From NCBI GenBank assembly GCA_050084515.1, contig CM114271.1, positions 11,222,001-11,286,000 of the forward strand: DNA of 64,000 nt, read 5' to 3'. Shown here one piece after another: positions 39,880-51,481 of the stretch; position 1 is the first letter of the stretch, and each line of letters begins with the position of its first letter. The translations under genes were made by a program, and so were the position numbers. The notes under the pieces are model-generated. The model did no database searches. It worked only from the letters and a program-made list of their open reading frames with translations, and had not been told where the DNA came from. The DNA is from Blasia pusilla (taxonomy: Eukaryota).

Positions 39880-40870
39880 AGAACACCCGATGGAAAAATG
39901 TCACGCACTCTCGGATAGTGCGCCTGCGATCACATCCAACGCCGCCGATCTTTGTGTCTTGCCGCAAATAGACATAATCTCCTTGATGAAACCTCCGGAT
40001 AGTTGGTCGATAACCACCACCTCGAATAGTCGCATACCTCAACGTATCCCGATGATGTGCAATCGCCAAGTTCTCAAACGCCATGGGCATCACTCTCAAA
40101 TAACTCAGCCCTCTCGAGAACATGCTCGCACCCATACATCTGGGTCATCAAGGTTCAAAGCACTCACACCAAAGATCTCGACGAATGGCCGCAGGTAAAT
40201 CTGGCTCTCGGCCATAAAGTAGCAAGTACGGTGAAAAAGACGCTAAGGATGCCTGCTGAATCTGTATCCCATCGCCAACCATGGCAACTGGAGGTCCCAA
40301 TCTCCTAGGTGACCTCTCTGCAAGCCATACTTGCGTAAACCCCTCTTCACCGTCTGCACAACTCTCTCCGCTAATCCATCCGCCTCAGGATGATCTCGCG
40401 AAGTCGTGCGGTGGTCGATCAGCGCCTGATCACACAAGGCCTGGAACTCACCGCGAAACTCGGTACCCTGGTCTGTCAACACCTCAGCTGGTGCGCCATA
40501 ATGACTCAGCACTCTGTCAAGGAAGGCATAAGCTACTCCCTCACTTGCTTTGTCAGGCAATGCAACCAACTCGATCCACTTCGAGAAGTGCTCGACCATC
40601 ACCAACACATAACGACTGTGACGCTCCGTCAAGGGCAAAGGTCATGCAAAATCCAAACTCCATCTATACCCTAAGCCCATGATCGGCAATGGATGCAACT
40701 GTGGAGTCGGAGCATTGAACAATGCTCGGACCCGATCACACACCATGCACTGGCAACAAATCGCTGAACGCCGCCTGCATGCCTCGCCACCAATATCGAA
40801 CTGGAGCAAGCTATACGTCCGCTTCACCCCAAAGTGACCCAACTCGTGGGCATGCTTTGCACTAGTCGTG
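39880..40870 (-). pseudogene. Integrase (HHCC, rve core, C-terminal extension)
   Basis: GHFGVKRT...CMVC, WSLDFA, VEHFSKWIELVAL, LTDQGTEF, HPEADGLAER. Confidence 0.9.
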
Positions 40871-41239
40871 CTCTCGCAAAGGATGCGGCTCTACGCGCAC
40901 TCGCCATCCTCCCAAACCCTCAAAACATGTGTCCCCTCCCAACGGAACCGCCTGGCCCATTGTCAGGATCCGATCCCGCTCTCTAGCATCCATGGTGCTC
41001 GCAAGGCTACCAAAGATGAAGGTACTCTAAGACTACTCCTTCATCATGAATATCTCGGCCACTTGTCGTGTCCTCACTGGCCTCGGGATCCAAAGACTCT
41101 CCACTAGACCTCGCCATCGAAGTCTCCACACTCTGGCTTTCCATAGCCAACATGCCTAAATAGGCTGACGCGTGCCATCCTGGCATCGACTCCTCATCAC
41201 TCTCTCCATGCCATCGAGCTCTAGTCGCATCTCGCTGAC

Positions 41240-42450
41240 TCGGGCATGGGTTACGACTCAACCCATCTGCATCTTGGTTGAGCGTTCCAGATCTATGTAC
41301 CACCTGAAAATCATACTCCTACAACAACAGAGCCCATCTCGCAAGCTTCCCTGTAAGCTTGTCGGACTCCATCAACTACTTCAGTGGTTGATGATCAGTA
41401 ATGATGGTAAAGGGATTGCCGAATAAGTTACACCTAAACTGCGCGACAGCCCACACCGCAGCCAAGCACTCACCCTCATACAAGCTGTACTTCGCCTGCA
41501 ACGTTGTTCGAGCGGCTAGCGGAAGCCACCACAAACTCTCTACCCTCATCATCATGCTGGGTGAGCACCGCTCCAAGCCCCAACATGCTCCAATCTGTGT
41601 GCAACTGGAAAGGATGCCCCCTGATTGGTCTCCTCAAGATGGGTGCGACGCCAACTTGTCCTGAGCAATCGAAATGCTCGCTCTGCTCATCCCCCCAGTG
41701 CCACTCGTGATCCACCTTGGTGAGCAAGGTCAGTGGCTTCGCAATCGAACTGAATCCCTTGACGTATCGCCGATAGAAGTTCGCCAATCCCATGAATGCA
41801 CGAACACGGCTCACATCTGTAGGGCGTAATATGCGTGAGATAGCCTCTACCTTCGTCTGCTGAACACCAAGGCCCCCTGGGTATATCGTATGACCCAAGT
41901 ACTCAATCTGGTCGTAGAAGAACTTGCACTTGCCTAGATGTAGCTTCAGCCCATGTAATTGCAATCGTCGAAACACCTCCTCTAGATGTTGCTCATGCTC
42001 CTCAACCATGGCGCTAAAGACTACGATGTCATCAATATAACACCTAGCAAAATCCAGACCAGCCAAGATCCTATCCATGACCCTCTGAAACTCAGCCGGG
42101 GCGTTCTTTAACCCAAATGGTAAGAACCGCCACTGGTACAAACAATCCTTCCCGTGAGGATCGATGCCCCAAAATGTCGTCTTCTGCCTGTCCTCCAATC
42201 TGATAGGCAGCTGATGGTATCCAGCTCGCAAATCCAATGAATTGAAGACCTTAGCGTGACCAATCGCATCAAAGATCTCCTCAGGGGTGGGCATGGCATA
42301 CCTATCGGACTTCGTCTGCCGATTGATAGGTCGGTAATCCCCTCACATCCGCCTATCCGTCCAGTTGCCATGCACATCCTTCTTGGCGAGCATGACAGTG
42401 GCAGATGCATACTCCCCATGCGACATCTCCACTAGTCCTGCTCCGACCAA
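41240..42450 (-). pseudogene. Reverse transcriptase and RNase H
   Basis: SLDLRAGYHQ, PFGLKNAPAEFQR, CYIDDIVVFS, LHTDWS, EGECLAAVWA, IITDHQPLK, NQDADGLSR. Confidence 0.95.
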
Positions 42451-43019
42451 GTCTTGGCTCCTACTCTAAATCAGAGCCCTGTCCATATCACTGTACTTGT
42501 AGGATCGTCGGAAGATCGGAATATCACTCGACAACTCAATGCGTATCCCCGGTCCCTTCAGCATACCCAAATCCTCCATGCTAAACGCAAAGCAGCTCCT
42601 ATAACTCCTGAGGAACTGATGTATTCGGCGCCGCTCTCCTCCTGTCAACTTAGGGCCCATATCGGCTCCCAAGTCTCCATCGTGACTACGGTAGGACTCT
42701 TCGGCGCGGGTATCGGTGGTTGCTATGGTGCAACCCCGTCTCGAACAACAACACTCGGCCGCTCTCCTGCACCAAGCGCAAACTCGATCTCCTCCACCAC
42801 GTGCCCGAAACCACACTCGATCTTTGTGGCTATCGGCTCCTTGCGTACCTTCAAAACATCCCAAGAAGTCCAAGGGTGTCTCTCCCAATCTCCCCTGGTG
42901 CGTAGATCTCCTCGGGTCTCGCCCCCAGCCATTGCCTCCACCATCTCGGTAGGCATGGGGCTCACCAACGAATCGTGTGATCTGTCGCGATCTCATACGA
43001 CGTTGCTCGGCCACTCCCA

Positions 43020-43970
43020 AGCGAGGATCCATGTCAAGCGATTCAGTCCATCGCTCGACCCAAGACATGGCGTCGTGATGCCTCGACATCGATGGTACGC
43101 CGTCACTCTGTGGAAATCCCATCGCTCGCTCTCTCTCGTCGGCGTTGGGCTCCACCAACCGCTGAACCTGGTCATCCCAAACCAAGCCAGGACTGGCCTC
43201 CTTGTATGCATAGGAAGCGGGAAAACTCACAAACGTGGGCAAGGCTGCCCGCGGCCTGCCTACCCTGTTGACCACAATCAGCGGTGGTCAATCATCGTGC
43301 CTGACTGCCTGTGATCGACGACCTGGATCCAGAATGGAATCCACTAACAAAGGGGAGGGGCGCTCCACTCTCGCATATGCCCTCCATAACACCGCATGGG
43401 GCACCAAGTTGGTCCACCATAGACGCGGGCGATGGGCTCTAGAACCTACACTCGCCGCATCCAAGAACACTGCTTTGGGCGATCAGGCACGCACTGATGA
43501 GCACTCGTCACGACCCGTGACCTGGAGTCTCCTAAGATCGGCACATTCTCCAGAATGTAGGCTGGAGAATGAGACTGGTGCTCCTGCAACTGCCGTAAGA
43601 CCCTCAACATCTCCCAAAATAACTTGGACCGAGTGTCAACCAACCCGCTGCCTCGTCCAGCCAAAGACTCGATTGGCCCGACGACATGGCAACCGGAAAT
43701 GACCAAATCAATGGTCCCTACCGCTCTAAGTCCCGCGCCCCAACAACAAAATATCCCTCGGTAGGGAACTCTGGTACCCAGATCGCGGACGAGACAATAA
43801 GTCGGAAAACGAGGCGTAATTGCGCCACATGTCGTAGTGAGACGCGCCTGCAACATCATCACTCTCCACATACAAGTACTCATCAGACTCGACTTTTCGT
43901 GCTGCAAAAGCAAAGAGCTAACCGGTGCTAATCCTCCAAAGAGATCTAACACTCGAATACCCTCCTCCGG
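43020..43970 (-). pseudogene. DNMT3-like cytosine-5 methyltransferase domain within pol
   Basis: EGIRVLDLFGG, IDLVISG(W)PC across a 1-nt indel, YILENVP, LDAASVGSRAHRPRLWWTN, ERERAMGFP. Confidence 0.88.
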
Positions 43971-44339
43971 GGTATACCACACAATGGGTGTAGTATCCAA
44001 GGGTGTCATCGTAGCACTCCCGCTACCTCGGGTTCCTCGGACCCGTCACGCCACGGTGCAAACGCCTCGCTCCACGCGTCTGACGTGCACATCCGCCAAT
44101 CGTTGAAGCTCCTCGCCGAGCCCCACGGCACCTCTCCTCCACGGAATGATGCGGCTACCATAACACTCCTCTCCATAGAAATGTCGAACGGGAGTATCCT
44201 CTGCATGGACATGTCCCGCAATCAAATCACTAGGCCAAGTGATGGCACGCTAAATCCGCTAAGGTCGCCATCTCTCCTGGCCGTTGTTTCGATCATCGCA
44301 CTGTGAATCGAACGGGTAATGAGCTAAGGCGCCCATCAC

Positions 44340-44740
44340 CGATCGCCATCCTGGTCTCAGGGCGTTGACTCCTCCCAATAATCCAGGAAAACCCCATCGG
44401 GTATAACATTGCTCCACCAACCAAGACGTAGGACTCAAAGATCACTATCGCCTTGGCGCGCACCACGGACTCATCTCAGTAGGATGTCCCGGGCGAATCC
44501 TCACCACGACCTCCTGTCGGGTGATATACTGTGTGGTACTCGCTCCACCCAAGGATGTCTATATCCGAAATGGACAACACTCCACATCGGCTCTTGTCAA
44601 GCCCAATCCTCTCAATGACGCTTTCCCCAACATCAAGGGTTGCGCTCCTGAATCCAACAAGACGCGCTGCGGACTAAAAGCTCTACCTCCAGGACTCACC
44701 AACTGGAAGACCTCTCCTTGGTTATCTAGCAACACAACAC
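44340..44740 (-). pseudogene. Retropepsin-like aspartic protease
   Basis: QRVLLDSGAQPLMLG; downstream Y[N/D]VLVGG...GF. Confidence 0.8.
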
Positions 44741-45039
44741 CAGGAGAAGCCATGGCACGCTCTATCGCGGGTCTAGCGGGCATCTCCGCCATCCTAGCGA
44801 CATGCACTGCCATGAATCGGCGTGGACGGCCGAGCATCCGCTCAAGGGCAGGTCCATCACCTCCTCTGCAATCACCTCAAGCGTGATGCAAGAACTCCAA
44901 CTCGCGCTCACATAGTGAAGCGGCCAGCCGAAAAGCCTCAGCGGGCGTACCTCCCAACGTCACAACATCGGAAGCAGAAAATAAAGGAGTGCGGTACACA
45001 ACGGTGGCCGCCCCCAACAACGTGCTCGACACATGCCCC

Positions 45040-46894
45040 TCCTAAGCATCAACAATAGGAGTCATCGCACTCGCTTCTCCCATCGCCCTTCGTGCTTGCA
45101 AACCAACAACATTACCAACTCTCCAGGAACTTTGATGAGGACCCATCGATGGGGTCCTCATCGCTTCGGACAACGTGAAAGATTGAGGAAGCCTAGTGTC
45201 TACTGGCTTCCCCTCGCTGTGGATCCAACTCTGCGGCTGCTCCACGCATCACAACTGCGGCGGCCTCCATCTGGGCAACCCCCCACACCCATCCAGGATC
45301 CTCCAGATCTCTGGCTGCTCCATATGATGTCGATGCCACGGATCCGGCATCGGGTAACCTCAATGCCATAGCGGCAATCTGCTCCTGTAGCTGTTGTATC
45401 TTAGCAGCCATCCCAGCCTCACGTCTGGCATCTCCCTCGGCGCGTCTAGGTGGTGGTACTCTACCTCCTCCACGGGCAACTCCACCACCCTGTCGGGCAA
45501 CTCCAGCTCCTCGTCCCCCATCGGGACCACCTGGAGCACGATCTCTAGGCCCACCCGGACCGGCTACTCGCTCTGGTGCCCTCTCTGGCCCTCGGTCCAG
45601 ACGTAACTCAGGATGTAAACTAAAACACCTGGCGCGTGTATGACCATACCTCTGACAATAGTCACACAGATAACCTCCTGGTGCAGCACCATCTCCTCCT
45701 CCATCTTTGAGGCACACGCCCATGACCCTGACGAGTGCAATCGCGCTGATGATGGGCTCCACCACATGACCAACAAGTAAAAGTAGGCGGCTGCTGCTGA
45801 GCCGCATATGAAGGTGCAGGTCTCTGCGGCACGGCCTCTCGGTATCCTCCCTGAGCTCGTGGTGCCACAGTCGACCTATCTCGGAGTCCACGTTGCTGCA
45901 CAGGTGGTGCAGACAATCGTGACTGCTCTCGCCCAGAACCCATGGTGGCTACGCTCTCCTCCGCCATGTTGCGCTCAATGTTCTCGGCGGTCCTAAAAAT
46001 ATCTCTCAACGTAGGGGAGGTGTTCATAAGAAGCACCCCCTCCCGCCCTGTCCGCAGGTCCGGTCCAGATCGCATACCATGACTGGATAGCCTGAGCCTC
46101 TGTCACCCCCTGAGTGACGTTGATCAACCGGCGCAAGCGAGTGTAAGCCTCACGCAAACTCTCACCCGAGCGCCTCTGGAAGTCGTGGATGCTCCGCAAC
46201 TTCTCCGTCTGTACCCCCTGGTAGCTCGCCCTCAACTCAGCAAAGAACTCAACCATAGGGTTGAACCTGGGACGAACCCGACTAGACGGTGCAATCGCTC
46301 TCCCAAGTGAGTGACCCCTCCTAAAACATCACTAGTGGAAGAGGCAATAGTCTCTCCTGACTCCTCCTCCTCATCTGGGAACGGCTCCGTCCATGACACA
46401 TAATGTGGGTCATAGTAGAGCCTCCACGCCTCGATCTCACATGCATATCTCTGAGAGAACTCATGGTAATCGTCCATGGGCGCCCCCTCTAAATGATGGA
46501 ACATACCGTTCCATGCTGTAAACGGGTTGAACTCTCTAGAGTTCCTAGCCCGCTGGGAGTCGCACCAACTCCTAAACTCTGCTATAAAATCGTGCAACTC
46601 AATCGTGCCTACTACACCTGAAAACCTACGCGGTCCTCTACCCCGGTCGTCCATCTCGTACGCCCAAGTGGTAGGACCACTCACAATGTGTGGCGATGTG
46701 CTCACAAACTCCTCTACACCCTCCCCCTCGTCTGACGATGACACAGAAGGAGGTCGAGGTGGTCCCTCACGTGGAGACCCTCGAAACCTCGCGCCACTCC
46801 GCGTAAAACCTCTAGAGCTACTCTCGGGTTCACCACCTCGCCTCTCAAAGTCCCAAACAGACTCCTTGATGACCCTCGTGCCCCTCTCACCCAA
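45040..46894 (-). pseudogene. gag with two CCHC zinc knuckles
   Basis: FQRRSGESLREAYTRL, CWSCGGAHHQRDC, CDYCQRYGHTRARC. Confidence 0.85.
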
Positions 46895-47789
46895 TCACTC
46901 TGAACCTCGTGAGGAATCCCTCAATCACTCATCCCAAACATGCGGCACTCGATCTACACTCTCTCTCCCCGAGACGGGTAACGTGCGGCAACACGCGGCG
47001 TGGTGCGGCAAATCGACCAGGCTATCATCTCATCGACAACCTACCCTCAACTCTGGACATCCCACACAGGTCTATGTCCCTTAAACCACATACATAAATG
47101 ATGCTCTCAGCATCCACACACCCAATATCCCCAAATAAATCCCAGAATCCCTCAAACGTGCAGGGTAAAGGACCAGAATGGGTAACCTGAACACATGTCG
47201 ATGTCGCTCCTCAGCAATTGCAAATCTGGACCCCAACTCGATCGTGGAGACAACTCCTCCAATCAGCAAGTCATACTCCTCCCGTACTGATGCTGCTCAA
47301 AACTCCTCGATAGACAGTGCGGTCCCAGCGGAACGATGCGGCGTTGCAGGCGGCACGGAATGGCTACGAACGGCACGGCCTCGATGGTGGGATGCGGCAC
47401 TTGGCGGCATACCCTCCTCAATCAATAATAATCCCACACTCTGCTCCACAATGACGGTGCGGCTCCACGATCGAGATGGTGCGGTGCGGCCACGAGCGGC
47501 ACGGCGCGGCAATCGGCGGCGCGTTGCGGCTACGGGCGTAACGACACGATACTCGATCGTCGTCGAGCGGCTACCAATCACAACATAGCAGCATGAAATC
47601 AAAACTCAAACACCATAACCGGAGGTCATCTGCCTTCACTGGTTGATGAAGAAACTGCAATGACGGTGGCAGCCAAAACAAAGTACGTGGTGGCGACGCA
47701 AGTCAAGGAATCAACGAACGTCATGGAAGACCCTCCACTCCGTAATGGCGGCAATGGCACCCAAAGGGTGGACAATGGACGGTGGACCC

Positions 47790-47905
47790 TTGACAGTGAC
47801 GGTTGACCGTTGATGGTGACGGCCGACCGATGACGGTGACGGTTGACCGTCGACGGTGACGGTTGACCTTTGATTGTGACGGTTGACCGTTGACGGTGAT
47901 GGTGA
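47790..47905. repeat. Minisatellite (~21 bp, GACGGTGACGGTTGACCGT-like) in the gypsy leader
   Basis: About 5 imperfect tandem units. Confidence 0.7.
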
Positions 47906-48501
47906 CTATGATGGCGACGGCCGCCGCCGGTGTGGCGGCTGATTTAGGGTTTGCACGATTTAACCCTAAGAATCGCCTAGCAATGGCAGCTTTACAAGAT
48001 TGCCCATAACTTTTTTCTCGCAACTCCAAATTGTGCACTGTTTTTTGCACAGCCTGCACAGCTTTACGATCTACGCTACCATCAAAAAATATTTAGAATC
48101 GGACATTTCAGTAAAAACTGACAGGGACTGTCGTAAATCCCAATGTCTCTTTCTCCTACACAAAATTCGGCAGCGCTCCCGCGCTAATTTCTCCCAACGA
48201 AAATGTAACATCTGTAAAAATACATATCAGCAAGCTACATGGTGCTCCCAAGAGCACCAGCATGGGGCAACCCGCCCCCATACTCAATCCCTATCAGAAA
48301 TTGGGCAGCGCTTCCGCGCGCCACTCTTCCACACAAAAAATCGGCAAATGCAAAGAGTAATGAAAGTAGCCCTTGCTCCGGTGAGCACTCCCATGAGCCG
48401 CTGAAAGGCGAACACGGTCCCCAACCTGCCAAAACAGCGAGTGACCAGCAAGCTCCCCCATGAAGCTCTCTCACTCTCTCATTCTCTCATTCTCTCTTTG
48501 T

Positions 48502-49014
48502 AAAGTAAGATCCAATCTCTCTCTCCACCATCTCACACCATAGCTCTCAAAGGTGTGCACTCTCTCTCATGTCAAACCAAACCCACTCTCCTAATGAGAG
48601 GCTTGGGTTACACTCACAAGGCAAGGTACCATAGCTCCGCCGCCTCATGCCAAGAGATTCAACAAAGAGAGAATGAGCTCTCAAGCTCTCTCTCCTTGAG
48701 GTATACCCCTCTCCTCTCCCAAGCTCTCTCCATGGTAACCTATTCTCCCAAGTCACCTCCTTGGCTCTTGACCTGATGTAGGAGGTCAAGGGCGACTTAC
48801 CAAAAATAGTAAGTCGATCATATACTCAAAATGGTACTTACCTAAAATAGTAAGTTCCTCAATATGGCTCCAAATGAGCCGAAACGAAGGGGAAACCTGC
48901 TATCTCAGGTTTCCAAGGGCCTCAGCAGGTCATCCTCGACCTACTGGGCGTGTCCTCCACTACTCATGAAGGCGCTCTATTAGATCCCACCGATCTATCC
49001 TAAAAGACGTGACA
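48502..49014 (-). repeat. 5' terminal repeat A1 of the gypsy element
   Basis: Matches 38786-39299 with roughly ten mismatches by eye. Confidence 0.9.
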
Positions 49015-51481
49015 CCCTGGCCCATGAACTGCCATCTCTGAATGAATGGAAATCTAGAGTTGGCCTTGATTCTAGCAATGGCATCCATTTCGGCCGTCTT
49101 TTCATCCAGTACCCGTATTTGACGCAGCAAATTCCAAAAGCATTCAGGATCAGCGAGAAATGCGAGATTTTCCCAGAGTTGTTTCTTATCACCAACCGTG
49201 ATCTCGCCTTGTCCAGGGATTCCAAGCAATTTTTCACAAATTTGTGATGGTGTTGTTAGCTTGATCACTCCGGGCTTTGAACCCGGAGAGTTTCTGAAGA
49301 CCTCGGCCACTTTCTTCGCCGCATCCTCCTTGATGTGTCTCTCAATTGCATCGATCACAGGATGATTCTGGGAGCCAACATGAATTGCGAGCCTTTTGTA
49401 CTCTAACATGGAGCCCAAGTCGTGGACAATGAAAAATATGTATGTTGGACACACTCACCGTAGAAAGGGGATGCTTTACAATGAGGACATCGATGGCCTC
49501 CCGGAGGTATGGTGGCACCGACCTTATATGGAGTTTCTGCATTCTTGGAGGGAATTACGACGTATTGACCTGCCCATTGCGCTCTAGATACGGGCATGCT
49601 GGACTTCTACACTCCAAGGCTCCAACGCATTGGCGGCGTGAGACAATCCAAGGACCATCTGGAATTGAAGCACTAGTCTGTTGAAGCCTGCACCATCAAT
49701 GAAAATCAGACTTTTTGTCCATACCCTTCAAGTGTTCTCCATCTTTCTTTTGAGCAGGAGCAGCAAGTGGAGGCAACTCAAAAATACAATTACCATCGTA
49801 CATGGGTGGCAGCTCGTCGACAACAATATGCTCGATCCGACCGATCAACTGAGGTTGACAACATCGGGAATTTCTTCGGGAAGTACAACATTGTAACGAA
49901 TGTGTGAAGTTGGAGTCGATGCCGGATCTATTCAGCTAGGAGTTGCAAACGTAGAGCTCGGTGCACTAGGGAATTCTCGACCGTCTACTTGGGAAACTGA
50001 GGAATTTAGAGGCAAGCCGTAAACTGTGTATTTACCATTTGCTAGAGGTAGGAGATTCCATAATTTACGGTCTGCAATCACTGGCTGGATTGTCTCACCT
50101 ATTATGTCCTCCGTACCGTCCATCCTAACATCCTTAGATACAAAGATGGTTCCAATTTGGAGAAGAAATTGAATTGAGAGAAAATTTTCATCCACTAGTA
50201 TGAAAGACTCACGAGCTTGCGGTGGAACAATTTCTGATTGGGGAAGGGCCGCTAGATGACTGCCACAAGTGAGGTTCACAATCAATTATCCATTCCCAAA
50301 AGATTTCACTGGGAGGAGATTGAGAATAAGAATGAGGATAAGAATGGGAATGGGTATGAGAATGAGAATGAGAATGTTCAATTTATAGTGAATAGGGACT
50401 CAAATTCTCGTGACAGAATTTGACTGACAAGATGAAGTTTGGTAGGTGAGATTTTTTTACATGATGGATTCAATTCTGTTGCAACTTGTCGCAGTCCGAT
50501 GGGTTGCAAAATTTGGGAATCAGAGACGTGGGTTGCGAAGCACCCAATTATGTTTTATGTTTCCTTGTCCCAATGCAAATTGGAAGGCGTCGAAGTCCGT
50601 TGGGTTGGTACCCCCTTCATGCTGACCAATGGTCTTTTGAGACGATTTTGCTAGCATCAAACACGAGACATCGCTTGCATTTTCTAAGGTAACTTATCGT
50701 TGGGGACTGTTACGGGACTTTCCAACTGAGGGTAGATCTTGTGACCGGTCGGATTGCAAGAGGTTGCCTCAGAACTATCCGTTGTCGTATTGTTACCCGA
50801 GGGATAGAAAAGAGTGCAACCTATCTGTAACCGACGAGTTGCCCAGGTACCTCGCCTATTATCCCAAGATGAGGGAAGCGTACAACCCATCGGCCTCCGA
50901 TAGGTTGCGCAAGTGCCTTGCCTTGTAACGCTTACATGAAGGAAGCGTGCAACCCGTCGGCCTCCGACGAGTTGTGTAGGTACCCCACCCCGGCTTGTTA
51001 TCCCAAGACGAGGGAAGAGTGCAACCCGTTGGTGTTCGACGAGTTGCGCGGGTATCTCGTGTTCTTCCCCCAAGACGGCGGAGGCGCGCAACCTGTTGGA
51101 CTCCGACGGGTTGCCAAGATAGCTCGGCTAGGACGGATGCCTCCAACTCGTCAGAGACCGTCGGATTGGTGGTTTTCACGTCCAGACCTCCATAACGGCC
51201 GACACGTCGCCGTTGGAATGACGGTGCGACCCAACGGTCAGCCCAACGGATCGAAGAGTGTAAATAGGCTAGGGTTTGCTCATTTTAGGTTTCTCGTTCC
51301 GTGATCTCGATTGCTCTCCAACGCAGCAGCGGACTAGATACCAAGGGGCGCTTTACATGGCAACTCATCACGAGACGATTTGAGCGACTCATCAAGGTGA
51401 CTCATCAATGCGACTCATCGAGGCGACTCATCGTGCACAGAAAGTAATTTCATTGTTGAGGAGGTGGCATTTTCGGGAATA

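Larger units (their letters stand above)
38658..49014 (-). mobile_element. Near-complete Ty3/gypsy retrotransposon: gag-PR-DNMT-RT-RH-IN-PHD, with 4-bp TSD CCCT
   Basis: Termini TGTCAC (49014 end) and degenerate ...ATGATA (38658 end). CCCT at 38654-38657 and 49015-49018. Domain order PR-RT-RH-IN. Confidence 0.9.
35993..50293 (-). pseudogene. MULE transposase, copy C, interrupted by the gypsy element at 38658-49014
   Basis: WQFMGQG|GEGSRA is split by the insertion. SWIM region in ORF 35993-36244; E motif PNTSGVESVHS in ORF 36786-37523. Confidence 0.85.

Noticed and set aside
43020-43970. Host DNMT3/DRM gene or bacterial contamination
   Set aside because: The domain is intronless and fixed between protease and RT in two collinear retroelement copies, within continuous eukaryotic TE sequence.
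42454-47588. Long plus-strand ORFs antisense to gag-pol (for example 42454-43314 and 46527-47084)
   Set aside because: Explained by GC-rich antisense frames; no recognisable domains, and broken in the 6.5-11.5 kb copy.
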